Of a stretch of 64,000 nucleotides of DNA, positions 13,761-26,251 are shown one piece after another (the stretch's first letter is position 1; the number at the start of each line of letters is the position of its first letter). The notes beneath the pieces were generated by a model. That model made no database searches and was not told the origin of the DNA. It was given only the letters and a program-made list of their open reading frames with translations. Source of the stretch: Adineta vaga (taxonomy: Eukaryota > Animalia > Rotifera); the NCBI GenBank assembly GCA_021613535.1, contig CP075495.1, positions 4,216,001 to 4,280,000 on the forward strand, read 5' to 3'. The translations under genes were made by a program, and so were the position numbers.

Positions 13761-15724
13761 TGAGATTTAAATAAGAAAAACATTATTTTTTTTAAATTTT
13801 TGCACAAATTCTATTTTAGTTTGTCTTGAAACGATATACAGATTTAATATTTATATATTATTTATAAACTAAATAAATTTTTCTAACTTTCATATAAATG
13901 AAAAACGAGCATAGAATCATGTAACTGACTTTAGTGATGTATCCAAAGAAGTGCGTTGTTTTGTATAAGAAAATCATTTTCGTTTTTTAAACGTTTCACA
14001 AATGTAATAATTGAAGTGGCACTCAAGTAAATTCTAATACTATATGCAGAACAACATTATTATAACCAATATACACGTTTCTAAACTAAAAAATAGACAT
14101 AAAGAAATATGTTTTGTAAGCAGAGCAATTTATTAAACTATCTATTTTTGTCAGGTTCTTTCAATAAAATTTCGAGGAAAATCATGATATTTAATATAGA
14201 ATGAATCACATTCTCTGATCTTTGTGTTTATCAAGCAGCTTATCGTCCCAGTTTGGTTTTTGTTAACTTTCGACGACTATGACAATTTGTTTCAACACTG
14301 AACTTTTCTACACGGATACACGCCGTATTAAATCTTTAGTTCGTATACAGTGATTAGTCATCGACATTCTTAAACACCCAACTCTCAGTGAAATCATCAA
14401 AACGTATTTTTATGAATTATTTTATTTATTTTCCTAAGCTTTCGTATTCATTTTCTCAAGCAGATTATTATATCAGGCTTCGTTCGCTCGCATTTGTAGA
14501 ACTAGTTATTTCAATATTTTCCATCAGATGTTAACGAATCATTATTCCAAGTTAAAATATGTTCAGATATGTTAAAAATCATCAATATAGCATATAAAAA
14601 GCTGCTTTCAAAAATTGTAACAAAATGCACACGCCGTCTTTGAACTAAATTATTATTAAGTGTTTGTCAAGATTATTTTATACGAATTTTATCAAAAAAG
14701 AGTTTTACAGTTCTGCATTTCAGATTTAAAGAAACTTGTTATCAAGAACAAAAACAAAAAAATCCAGAAGAAAATAAAGTTTATTAGGAAAAAATTTTTA
14801 TTCTGCACGAAAAGCTCACACGATACAACAATGTTGTGAATACGAGAAGATAGATTTAATTGTTAAACAATATCCAGCGATTATGATCGAAGAAACCTTA
14901 ATATAGTAACAATCGATCGGTTCCAGAGTATTCCTGCAATTTCATGATTATAGTATTCCAGACCGGGAAATTTTTGGTTTCATTTTGTATTCTTCAAAAT
15001 ATTCCTTTACTATCCTGTGACGAAATGATAGCTTGCCTAAGATTTTCTGTTGAATATTACCATTAATTGCCAATGATCGGCAAATTGTCACCCTACCAGA
15101 GGGTATGTCCAGAAAAGAAAATGATGAATCAACCATCCGATATTGATATTACGTTGGTATCGATTTATTACTTCATTTGTGTAGTAGGTTTTTAACTTAC
15201 ATATACTACTTGTCTTATTTTGTACAATAAATAAACTGATTTTTAAATAAATTCATAATATAGATGTAACTCTATGAAGACAGTGGATATATTACGTAAA
15301 AATTAGTTTAAATCAGATTCGAATTTCGAAAGTAAAAGTAATTCAATTGATGATAAATCTGATTGTTGGACTTATCGAGTGAATATCGAATAAATCTCTG
15401 GAGTCAGGTGTGCATTTTGTACAGCACTCTCAGCAGCTTTGAGAAGGTAAATACAAGTAAGCCACTTTATTTTGAATCGTGCGTCATCTTTTCATAGAGA
15501 CTTGAAAGTCAGTATATTATTGGAGTGTCTAGTGACATCTTTTCCTACTCGTTGAATCACCATTCATCACTGGTTATTATGCTTACGAATGTAATTTTTT
15601 CTCATATCTGTATGTATCTCTATTCTCTATCTTTATCTATCTCCAATTCAATTCGATTCCACATCTACAATCTTAATCTTTTTTTTTGGTCTTTCACAAA
15701 ATCAAAAACCTGCAAATCATTCCA

Positions 15725-16213
15725 ATGTCGTTTTTATCGATAAAATTACTTCGTCATGCGAATAAATTATACTCTGTTCGTCAGTTTCATATAACATCAC
15801 GCGTATTTCAAGATCGTTATTACACTAAAAAACACGAATGGGTACAAGTACTTGATAATAAAAAAGAAGTTCGAATTGGTATTAGTGAATTTGCTCAAAA
15901 TGCTTTAGGTGATGTTGTTTATTGTGAATTACCGGCTATTGGTGCAAAACTTAAACGTGATGAAACATTTGCAACATTAGAATCGGTTAAAGCTGTTGCT
16001 GATTGTTTTATGCCAATTGATGGTGAAATCTCGGGTGTCAATGAGCAATTAAAAACTCAGGCTGATTTAATCAATAAAAGTCCATATGAGAATGGTTGGC
16101 TTGTTCAAGCAAAGGTCAATGAGAAAGATCAACAGAATCTGGATAATAGTTTAATGAATGAAAAGAAATATAAAGAATATTTAGAGAAGAATAAAGAGGG
16201 TGCTGATCATTGA
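15725..16213 (+). CDS. GCSH: Glycine cleavage system H protein, mitochondrial (intronless)
   Basis: YYTKKHEWV, IGISEFAQNALGDVVY, lipoyl-lysine motif LESVKAVAD, INKSPYENGWL. Basic N-terminal transit peptide. Confidence 0.96.
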   Translation: MSFLSIKLLRHANKLYSVRQFHITSRVFQDRYYTKKHEWVQVLDNKKEVRIGISEFAQNALGDVVYCELPAIGAKLKRDETFATLESVKAVADCFMPIDGEISGVNEQLKTQADLINKSPYENGWLVQAKVNEKDQQNLDNSLMNEKKYKEYLEKNKEGADH

Positions 16214-16346
16214 AGAAATGAATGCGTTTTTTTTTCCAATAATATTTTTGATTCAGTGATTGCTTTTGATTATGGTGCTGTTTATCTCCCCTAAAATTTA
16301 GCTAGAATAAATACTTTTGATTGAATAATTTTAGATTAATAAGAAT

Positions 16347-19300
16347 ATGCTTGAAAATCTCTCGGACAAAGATGATGGTAGAGGAGAAGAATGTAAGTAG
16401 ATTTTTTTTGAGAAATAAAGAGCTTATGCATTGAAATATATTGTAACTTTATCTTTTCATCAAGTGACAACAATGAAATCTGCTGAAAAACCAGTAGCGC
16501 CAAGAAATGAAACTAATCTATGTGGATTACAAAATCAAGGAGCGACTTGGTAAGAGTCTCATTTTTAATATCTTTCAATCAGCTTTAATCATATATTTTG
16601 TCTTTAGTTATTTGAATGTCCTTATTCAAACGTTGCTTTATACGCCTGAATTTCGTGGTATGTTTTCTTTTCTCAAAATATGCTCGTTAAAATATACTCA
16701 ATAAAAATTCTGATGAGCAGAATTTCCAATAGAATACGAATCCTCTAATCTATTTACTTTTTTTCTTCTAGAACCACTCTTTCGTCTCACTTCTAAAGAT
16801 CTTAATCTTTCTGCTAACTATGACGATCAAAATTCCATAACAACTAATGGAAATAATCTTAAAGTAATTTTTTTTTCCTTGGCTTCATCATTCATTCTAA
16901 TTCTTACAAAAAATTAATTCAGGTTCGTAAAATCATTGTCGAATTGCAACGTCTTTTTGCTGAAATGTTATTATTGAATCAACAAGCATGCTCATCAATT
17001 CGATTAACTGATAGTTTTGGTTGGCAATCGAACGAAGTATGTAATTATCATATTATAGAGAATAATTTAATTATTTTAATTTTAATAGGCTATTGATCAT
17101 CAAGATGTTCATGAATTAAATCGTTTACTCTTCGATGCCATTCATAAATCTTTACAAGGTACAAAACAATCAAATTTAATTCGTTCTTGTTACGAAGGAT
17201 CGACTATTAATTATACACAATGTAAACAATGTCAGAACATATTTAAACGATCTGTAAAATAATAGTTACTTTTGTTTTGAATTTGTTTTCTAAAGATAAA
17301 TTTTCCTTCTAGGAAGACTATCAAGATTTACCATTAGTTGTTCAAGATAGTCCTAATTTACATACATCTTTAGCAAATATATTTACTATATCAGAAAAGT
17401 TAATTGGTGATAATCAGTATCGATGTTCTACGTGTGCAAATAATTTGTGTGACGCTGAAAAAGTAGAAGGAGAAAAATGTTTCTTACCGTATTTAAATAT
17501 TTTTATTTAGTGGGCAAAAATCAGTAAATTACCATCGATCTTAACATTACCGCTTCAGCGTTTCGTTTACGATATTAAAACTGGTAATCGACAGAAGAAA
17601 ACGACACGTTATGAATTTCCATTTGATATTGATTTACGACAATATTGCGAAGTAGAAAATATTTCTTACAAGAAAACAGTTAAATTTTTCAATTTCGGTT
17701 TTCTTTCTAAAGGAATCAGTTACAGAAACAAATTACGAATTATTTGCTGTTGTTATTCATAAAGGCACCTGTTATACAGGACATTATTATGGATATATTA
17801 AAGATATTGATCAAATTGGAACATGGACACGTCCACGACCAAAGTCACCGTCGGTAAGATTTACATTTATTGTTAGAGAAAGTACTTGATGTTCTTTGTC
17901 AAGATCTATTACTAAAGTGTTTTATTGATAATATGTAGTTTAATTTATGTTATCATTTTCTCTATCATTCAAATATATTGAAATACCATAAAGTGTAACC
18001 TGAGGAGCTATCAGATTAATATTGATCCTTCTATTTAATAAAAATCATTAGTGCTGAAAAAAAGAATAGTTTGTGTTTCTTAATTAAAATCAATGATATC
18101 ATTGGGAATTTCTACCAACAACACACTTGAGTGAATATAGAAAGATAGGTGTATTTACAAGAATTCTTTTTGATCCTATCGTCTCTTTTAAACTTTAGTG
18201 TGATGGCACTGAAGCGAAACACCTAGTATTATTTACAATGATTATTTTTGTTATTAGATGAAATCAACACAGAAAACAAAATCTTCTAATACATCCAACA
18301 CACCAACAAGTCCGAATACTCGAAATAGTTCGAATCCAAATGAATCTCTCGAAAGTCAAGAAGAAAAAATGAAAAAATTAGACTTAGTTAAAACATTATT
18401 ATTATCATGCGATGATTGGGTGACGATTGAAGATCTTCTGAAAGTATGTCTATAACTCCATTTTTTTAAAAAACAAACTATTTTTTTTAACATTTTTAGA
18501 CCTATCGTGAAAATACCTCAACGTCATGGAGCCGTACACGAGGTGCACATGGTTCATTTACCAAAGTAATTATTTTCTCTTTTACTAAATTTTTTGTTAT
18601 AATTCTTCTTTATTATAGTTTCTTCGAAGTCATCCAGAAGTATTTGAAGTTGATAACAAACGTGTGCGCTTAGCTGAACAGAACTGCTCTATGGATATCG
18701 ATGAAAATGATATTTATGAAATGGACTATGAATCGTCACAAAATGATACTTTAGATGAAAATAATGAACATTGGTTCTGTTTTGATGATTCCATTGTAAC
18801 TTGTGTAACTCGAGATTATATCAAAAAACATTATGAACAAAATGATTGTGCATATATGTTATTTTATCGACAAAACAATCGAAATAAATCAAAAATATAT
18901 TCATCTAATAATACTCTTCATTCAATACCACAATGGCTAGTGAACGAAATTACAGAAAAGAACAAAATTCTCGAAGAGAAACGGTATGCTCGATTTTTTT
19001 CCTTGCATCTCATAATATTTCTATTCTATTTAGTGAAAGTTATGACAAATTTAAAAATCAGTTACCCGTTACAATTTATCCTGGTGAATGGTTTGAAGCT
19101 ATCGATGATGGTCGATTGAATTTAAATAATAAAGATCAATTATTATTTCCGAATCGTTATGGTGAACATGTATTTGATAAGCGAACAAAAATTAACGAAT
19201 TCCTTTCCAAATTTGAGGTAAAATGATGTGTGATGCTCATTGAAATTCTATGATCTTTATTTTAGCAATTGTAATAACCATACTATACTCATACATTCTG

Positions 19301-21879
19301 TATATTTAGGATAAATATGGTGCGGGTAGTCATTTTTATATTGCAAAAAAACTTCGATCGGGTCAATTGCATGTAATAAGTGAATTAATATATTCAAGTA
19401 ATGATGCAATGCTAGATCGAAGTGATCTTTTAACATATCGAAATATCATTGTCTTCAAACATCCATCTTCCCTACCAGATACTGTTTTACAAGGTGAAGA
19501 ATTCGAACCAATTATGCTTAATATAATTTATGGTTTTCCTGATGCTCATGTTCGTGCACCAAATTTAGAATCGACAAAATACATATCTAAAAATACAACA
19601 TTATTAGAATTGAAAGAAAGACTTACGTATGATTATTATCAAAATAATAATCCTCAACGACTAAAACAAATTCGTATGGGAAAATTGAATTTAGAAGAAA
19701 AAAACAATCGTAAATCACGCCGAGAATATAAACCAGATGATGAAAAACAAACTTTGGGACAATTAAATTTACAAGATGGTGATACTTTAGGAATCGATGA
19801 TAAAAATTCATTGTAAGATAATTTTTCTTTCTTTTATCCATAAATAAAAATGTATTTCGTTCTAGTGTACCAAATTGGAAAGATGCATCGTCAAATAATA
19901 CTAATCTTGGAAAAAGTCAATTGTCATTAACAGTTAAAAACGGTCTCGAATCAGTTTATACAAAACCAATGACTTGCAGTTTATCAAATACTACAGTAAG
20001 CCTTTCAAATAACCTATGTATATTTTATATTCAGAATCTTTGTTTTATTTTTTCTATAGTTAATTGCAGAAGTTAAAATGATGGCAATTGAAGCATTCGG
20101 TTTATCACTAGACCCATATATGTGTCGATTATTTATTGATAACGATCCTGATGTTGCTCATATTCCTCGTATGTCTGTTTTCAATGAAAGTATACATTTG
20201 TCATCCTGTTTTTCTTTATAGTTCATGATCATGACACTGTTGGTAACATCAATTTTAAAGATAATAATACTCAATTATGTTTGAAATTTGGTTCTGCATT
20301 AAATGAGAATGACCTTCTTCTATATATTTTATCAGATCGTGAACCTAGCCCATTAGAACTTGTAGTTGATCAAAATACAACATTAACAAATTTATGGTTT
20401 TTAATTAAACAAGAATTGAAAATGGATTGTAAATAAAGTTTCCTACTAAAATTTATTGCTTTTGATATAAATCTTTTTATTTTATTAGTCACCGATAATG
20501 AGTATCATCTATGCGAAGTTACATCTTCGTCAGAAAATGATGAACAACCATTAAATGATTTTGATCAAACACTGATTAACAATGGACTTAGCAATGGAAC
20601 ACAGCTCATAATGAAATCAGGAAGTGTTGCATCGAAGAATCACGTTCGATTGAAAATCTTTCGAATTCTCGGCAAAATCTATGAACCATCTGACGCTAGT
20701 AAGAATAAAATTTTATATAAATTTAAATAAATCACATTCTTTCCTTCATGAGTAGTAAGCATTCATTAAATTACAAATTTAAACACATGAGTGAAATACT
20801 TGTACCTTAAATACTCGAATCAGACGCCATTCTCATTCCTTTCTTTTTGTTCAAAAATCTGAAAACTTTCTTATTAATATGGTCACAAATGAAAGAGCAT
20901 ACATCTATTGATTACTTTTGCTTTTTCAGTTCATACGGTACCCACATTTGAGACGGTTCTATTCGACGAAATTATTGAACTACCACTAATATCTCCATTC
21001 AATGTTCTACGTGAACGTATTGCTCAAATTATCGAATTTAAAGTTCCGCCTAATCATGCACGTGATATTAAACCATCAGAATTTGTTCGTCTTTATGAAA
21101 TGGAAGATGATCAACCAATCTCGATTATTCATGAGCCAATCTTAACAACTCTCAAGTAAATATTATTATCATCACGATTACTATTAAGACTAATTACAAA
21201 ATCATTGTTTTCTTTTTCTCTGTTTAGACAAGCAAAGGTTCAAGATCTCGATTGTTTTGCATTTGAATTATTATCTCATCCTGAATCATTAGGAAAAAAA
21301 GATTTACTTCTCAATATAGTCTACGATAAAAATGAGGATGGAAATGGTTTTCAACATCAATTTGAAGTTCATTGGCCATTAAAAGAGAATATCATTGCTA
21401 AATATGAATATTTAGAACAACATGTTCTAACAAATTTAACATCGTTTATGACAAATAATCTTCATTTTAAAAATGTTTCTAAAAAAGTATTAAAAATTAC
21501 CTTAGCACGTTATTTTCCTGATCGTGCTCAATGGCTTATAATTGATCCACGTACATCATCAAATACGAGTCAAACTAGCAATAAAAAGAATAAAACATCA
21601 AATACACCAACGAAATCAAATCTTAAACTCGAACCATACAAATTAAATGATCAAACTGTTATTGGTGTACTTGAAGGCGAACAACTAACAGTAGACGATT
21701 TCGATACCCGTTATGATCAGAGAAAAAGAGTTGAAATTGAACGTGAAAAAGAACACAAACGAATTAATCGTGAAAAAAATCGAACGGATAACGATCGAAG
21801 TAAAACTAATGGTTCCAGTGGACGTCGAAGATCACCACAAAATACAATGAGAATTGATGTGGATGATTTTGATACTTAG
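16347..21879 (+). CDS. USP40: Ubiquitin carboxyl-terminal hydrolase 40 (multi-exon)
   Basis: Cys box LCGLQNQGATCYLN, ELQRLFAEMLLL..LTDSFGWQSNE, HQDVHELNRLLF, His box VIHKGTCYTGHYYGYIKDID, HWFCFDDS, CAYMLFYR. All match USP40 subfamily motifs. Confidence 0.88.
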
Positions 21880-22074
21880 TCGAAAACAAACATTTCATTT
21901 CATTTCTTTTCTTTTGTATTATCGTTTATAAATATACTTATACATATTTTTTTATATACATAAACTAGATTCATTCCAGAATATGTATTGGATTTTTCGT
22001 GTGTGTGCTTTTTTTAAAATACAACATCGAATGTGATAAGATTTATTAGATTATTTGGGGTTCTTGTTTGTATT

Positions 22075-22650
22075 TTATTGAAATGCATCTACTTCACCTA
22101 ACATGGCACTACAATTCGAACAATAATGAGTCGTTTTTTTACATGATGGAAGACAAAATGGAATGAAAAATAGACAACAACAAAGTAAACATAGAACAAT
22201 AGCGAGAGCAAAAGTCAGATTAGTACTTGCTGTTTCAACGCGTGTATAACTTGTTGTACCACAGTGTGGACATACAGCATTCGTAGAAAATCGCGGCCAT
22301 CGATGGTCAGGTTGAAATGGTGTTGATTGGTGTTTTAAAGAAGCATCTTGAAAGAAATATCATAAGATACAACTTTATTTTTCATAAGACAATCACCTAC
22401 TTTCGATCATTTCGCTATCAATTGATTTTAACTGTTTTATACAACTGGTATTTGATGGTGATTGATGAAGAGCTGTACCGTAAGGTGCTGGTGATACTTC
22501 CACGATTTCTTCAAAGGCTCTTGAATCTTGTTGACTAAAAGGTGTAATATTAATATGATAAACTTGTCCCGAGGCACTTTCATTCATTGCTCGGCTATTT
22601 TGCTGTGTTATTGGTTCATTTCCCATTGTTCCTTCCAGTTCTCCATGCAT
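22075..22650 (-). CDS. LITAF-domain protein (2 coding exons)
   Basis: Last exon, not shown in the ORF track, reads ...AVCPHCGTTSYTRVE..(hydrophobic)..LCLLCCCLFFIPFCLPSCKKTTHYCSNCSAMLG. This is the CxxC-hydrophobic-HxCxxC LITAF signature. Confidence 0.85.
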
Positions 22651-22902
22651 ACTGTATTGATATTTGTGATGAATAATAATATTAAATAACGACCAATTAG
22701 AAAAATAAATAGTCACATTTACTTTTCCTTCTATTCATATTAATATATGAATTAATCAACCGAGACAGTCAACAGTAATCGTTACGTAAATGAGAGATGA
22801 CGCGCAGTATGATATTTAGTGAATATCAGGGCACACCTATTGTTTGCTAAAATAGAGACAAATGAATATCGTTTTGGTACAAACTTGGAAACAAAAAGAG
22901 AG

Positions 22903-22974
22903 TTCCGACGCCGGGAATCGAACCCGGGCCTCCTGCGTGAAAGGCAGAAATCCTAACCACTAGACCACGTCGGA
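22903..22974 (-). tRNA. tRNA-Glu (TTC), copy 1
   Basis: TCCGACGTGGTCTAGTGGTTAGGATTTCTGCCTTTCACGCAGGAGGCCCGGGTTCGATTCCCGGCGTCGGAA folds as a cloverleaf; anticodon loop CTTTCAC; T-run downstream. Confidence 0.97.
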
Positions 22975-23066
22975 CTGTGATAATTATGACAGTGCAAAGA
23001 ACTCTTTTTCATTGTTTACCTTGTCTGCATAAGAAAATAAAGGATTGTATGTATAAAAAAAGAGAA

Positions 23067-23138
23067 TTCCGACGCCGGGAATCGAACCCGGGCCTCCTGC
23101 GTGAAAGGCAGAAATCCTAACCACTAGACCACGTCGGA
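23067..23138 (-). tRNA. tRNA-Glu (TTC), copy 2
   Basis: Identical 72-nt sequence with a poly-T Pol III terminator. Confidence 0.97.
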
Positions 23139-23230
23139 CTGTGATAATTATGACAGTGCAAAGAACACCTTTCATTGTTTACCTTGTCTGCATAAGAAAA
23201 TAAAGGATTGTATGTATAAAAAAAAGAGAA

Positions 23231-23302
23231 TTCCGACGCCGGGAATCGAACCCGGGCCTCCTGCGTGAAAGGCAGAAATCCTAACCACTAGACCACGTCG
23301 GA
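23231..23302 (-). tRNA. tRNA-Glu (TTC), copy 3
   Basis: Identical 72-nt sequence with a poly-T terminator. Confidence 0.97.
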
Positions 23303-23399
23303 CTGTGATGATTATGACAGTGCAAAGAACTCTTTTTCATTGTTTATCGTGTCTACATAAGAAAAGAAAATAAAGGATTGTATGTATAAAAAAAGAGAA

Positions 23400-23471
23400 T
23401 TCCGACGCCGGGAATCGAACCCGGGCCTCCTGCGTGAAAGGCAGAAATCCTAACCACTAGACCACGTCGGA
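23400..23471 (-). tRNA. tRNA-Glu (TTC), copy 4
   Basis: Identical 72-nt sequence with a poly-T terminator. Confidence 0.97.
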
Positions 23472-23575
23472 CTGTTATGAATAGAAGGCATTAGTATGCT
23501 TTTATACATAGAATGATAAAATGTTTATGAAGAAAGAAAACAAATTTGTGGAAACGAAGGAGACAAAAAAGAAAA

Positions 23576-23647
23576 TTCCGACGCCGGGAATCGAACCCGG
23601 GCCTCCTGCGTGAAAGGCAGAAATCCTAACCACTAGACCACGTCGGA
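23576..23647 (-). tRNA. tRNA-Glu (TTC), copy 5
   Basis: Identical 72-nt sequence; flanks differ from copies 1-4. Confidence 0.97.
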
Positions 23648-23992
23648 TCGATCTATGAAACAAGTCCATTCCTTTACAATGATAAGATCTTGCTAGGTAT
23701 TTCTCAACATCGTCAGTCACTATGCATAAAATATTTTGATTTGAAAAGTATATCCGTGAATATGTTTACTTTTAAAAAAATTATTCAAATATATTGTAGA
23801 TGATACATGCATAGAAAAATACTAGTTGAATCACCACTTTTATACTTGATCACAAAATAAAATACTAGAGCACCATCGTGGGTTCACTATAGAAAATGCT
23901 GAAGTATTTACTTTATCGCAAAATTTAATATTTATATGTGAATATAATTTATTAATTAATAAAAGTTAAAAGAGAGTTTTTGTTTAAAGAGT

Positions 23993-25714
23993 TTACACTG
24001 TTTCATGTTCTAATGCATAATCCAAATGAACATAAGCCAATTCAACTTCGGATAGATTTTCCAATTTCAATTTTAGTGATGCTCCAATATCATGCGCTTC
24101 TTTCAATGACATGGTTTCGGGAAGAATAAGTTCTACTTCAACTAAAAACGATATTCCAAAATGAAATGCCCGTACTGTATCGATTTTTTGAATCAATGGT
24201 GAATGATTTATCGTAATCCATGTTATTTTTTGTAAAAATTCCGGTTCAGCAGCATAGCCACTTAAATTTCTAACCTGTTCACGAAGTTGTTTAAGCCAAC
24301 AGAATATAATATAGAGCGATATCAGTAAAGCACCAATAGGATCTATTACAGTAACTTCTCTTGTTTTTATCGAACCATCAAGTGCTTTAGATGCTAAAAG
24401 TATTTTTCAATTAGATTAACAAGAATTTTATTCATTTGTTCTTTTCTCTTATCTTACCAATTATACCGCAAGCGAGTGCGACAATATTTGAAAAAACATC
24501 ATTTAAATGATCTTGAGCAACTGCTCTCATTGTTGGATTCGATAATCGAAAGCACAAAAATGATAGAATGGCTTTGCAAACTAGAATAATAAATATGAAA
24601 TGAATTTGAAAAATATTATTAAAAAAATTACATACTAACGGTTACACACATGACAGTAATAGGTACTGGGCCCATCTCAATTTTACGTAATTCAGTTGAG
24701 TTGCCTTGAAATGCATTGACATCACTGATTAATGATTCGACCGATTCATAGATAACTTGAACAGATGCAGAAACCATAATAACTGATAGTATTACAATAA
24801 TTATTGGCTCCAATCTAGTACGACCTATATCAAGTACTGAAAGTATGTTTTCAAATGATATTTTTATTTCTGTTACCTCCAGGATAAGTATATGGATCGC
24901 GTTTTTTGATTGCACGAATTGCCCAAAATAGTAAACATGCTGAAGCTGAATCAACAGCCGAATCAACAACTGATGAAATGATCGAAAGAGATTTTGAAAA
25001 TACAGCAGCTACTATCTTAGCAAGTAATAGCATCTGAAAAATGAATCGAAATGTTATTTGTTTCCATGTCGCAAAAAATGAATCTATTTACACAATTTAT
25101 AACCAAGGTAGCCTTAATAAGTAAATCCATGTGTCGCTTTTGTTTCTTTATTCTTTCATCAACTGCAGATTGATTTGAATATTGTGTATGAACTTCTTCA
25201 AATGAGTCAATTATTTCATCTTGTTGTTTATAAAACTTTCGAACGCGTCCACTTAATTTATCATCTTCATCACGACTGCCTAAATTGAATAATTCTCTAT
25301 AGATCTCTACTCAATATTTATAAAAATGTACCACGTCGCTTGCTTAGTATTGATACTAAGGAATACGGTTCTGCTTCTAATAAAAAAAATAAAAAATAAA
25401 ACCGATCAATGATATTTCGATGATATACCTTCATTAAGATGTTCATATGCTTTATTTGATTTGTATATGACAGATGGAAGTGTTGAGTCACTGGCTCTTC
25501 GAGTGGATATCGGCGAATTGGTTTCTGCTTGTTCCTGGATCTTTGTAGCTCGTCGCGAAATTGGTTCGGTAGCCGATGAAGGTACTTGTCGTTGTTCATT
25601 GGACTCTGATTGAAGTCGTTGTGATCCACGACGTCGAGTACTACCGAAAAAACTTTCATTTTGTTGAAATGACTTGACGGTCAAATATTGATGACCAAGA
25701 GAAGCTGCTCGCAT
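23993..25714 (-). CDS. Cation diffusion facilitator, Mn-CDF / metal tolerance protein (MTP8-11-like)
   Basis: SLSIISSVVDSAVD (DxxxD, TM2), YPGGRTRLEP, AVAQDHLNDV (DxxxD, TM5), and C-terminal dimerisation domain DTVRAFHFG..EAHDIG..AYVHLDY. Confidence 0.9.
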
Positions 25715-26251
25715 TTATTATTAAAATTGATCAACCGTATACGACTATATTTATAGTCGTTTTCGTTTAAATATGTATATGTATTATATTGATTGATAAG
25801 TGTTTATGCTTTTAATTTATAGAGATAAAACGCATCACAGCGTGTATTTCATGCATGATTGAATTGAAAATAGGGCTTGATTGCATACAAAAATTATTTA
25901 TTAACGATCTATCATAGAATATATGTCATTACTTTTGTACGCAACGAACGATTTCAGCAGTTATTTTTGAATTTAACAAGTCTAGATATACTTATTCAAC
26001 TTAAGACGTAAAATGAGTTATATTATCAGATTAGAGATAAAATCATTTAATTTGATAGATGAAAATCAGTTAAATACTTTAGCTCAGAGATTAAATAAAT
26101 TTATTTGTAATATTCTATTGAAAAAAATTTTGTTACATATAAATCATCATCTGTCTGCACAGTCATACAAACATTTCATGTATAGAATTTACTCAGAGAA
26201 ACTCTTTAACATTAATGAAAGTAAAAAAAGTGTTCATTAAAATTACTTAGT

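Larger units (their letters stand above)
22903..23471. repeat. Tandem repeat of a ~164-169 bp unit (tRNA-Glu plus spacer)
   Basis: The three spacers are near-identical (ctgtgat..tatgacagtgcaaagaac...ggattgtatgtataaaaaaagagaa). Periods are 164, 164 and 169 bp. Confidence 0.95.

Noticed and set aside
14880-15140. Short minus-strand ORF of 62 aa
   Set aside because: No recognisable motif or supporting exon structure.
22903-23647. Repeat-spacer pattern resembling a CRISPR array
   Set aside because: Repeats are 72-nt tRNA genes, the spacers are near-identical to each other, there are no cas genes, and the context is eukaryotic.
23993-25714. Mn-CDF as an HGT candidate (plant/fungal-like)
   Set aside because: This subfamily also occurs in nematodes and other invertebrates, so foreign origin cannot be claimed without a tree.
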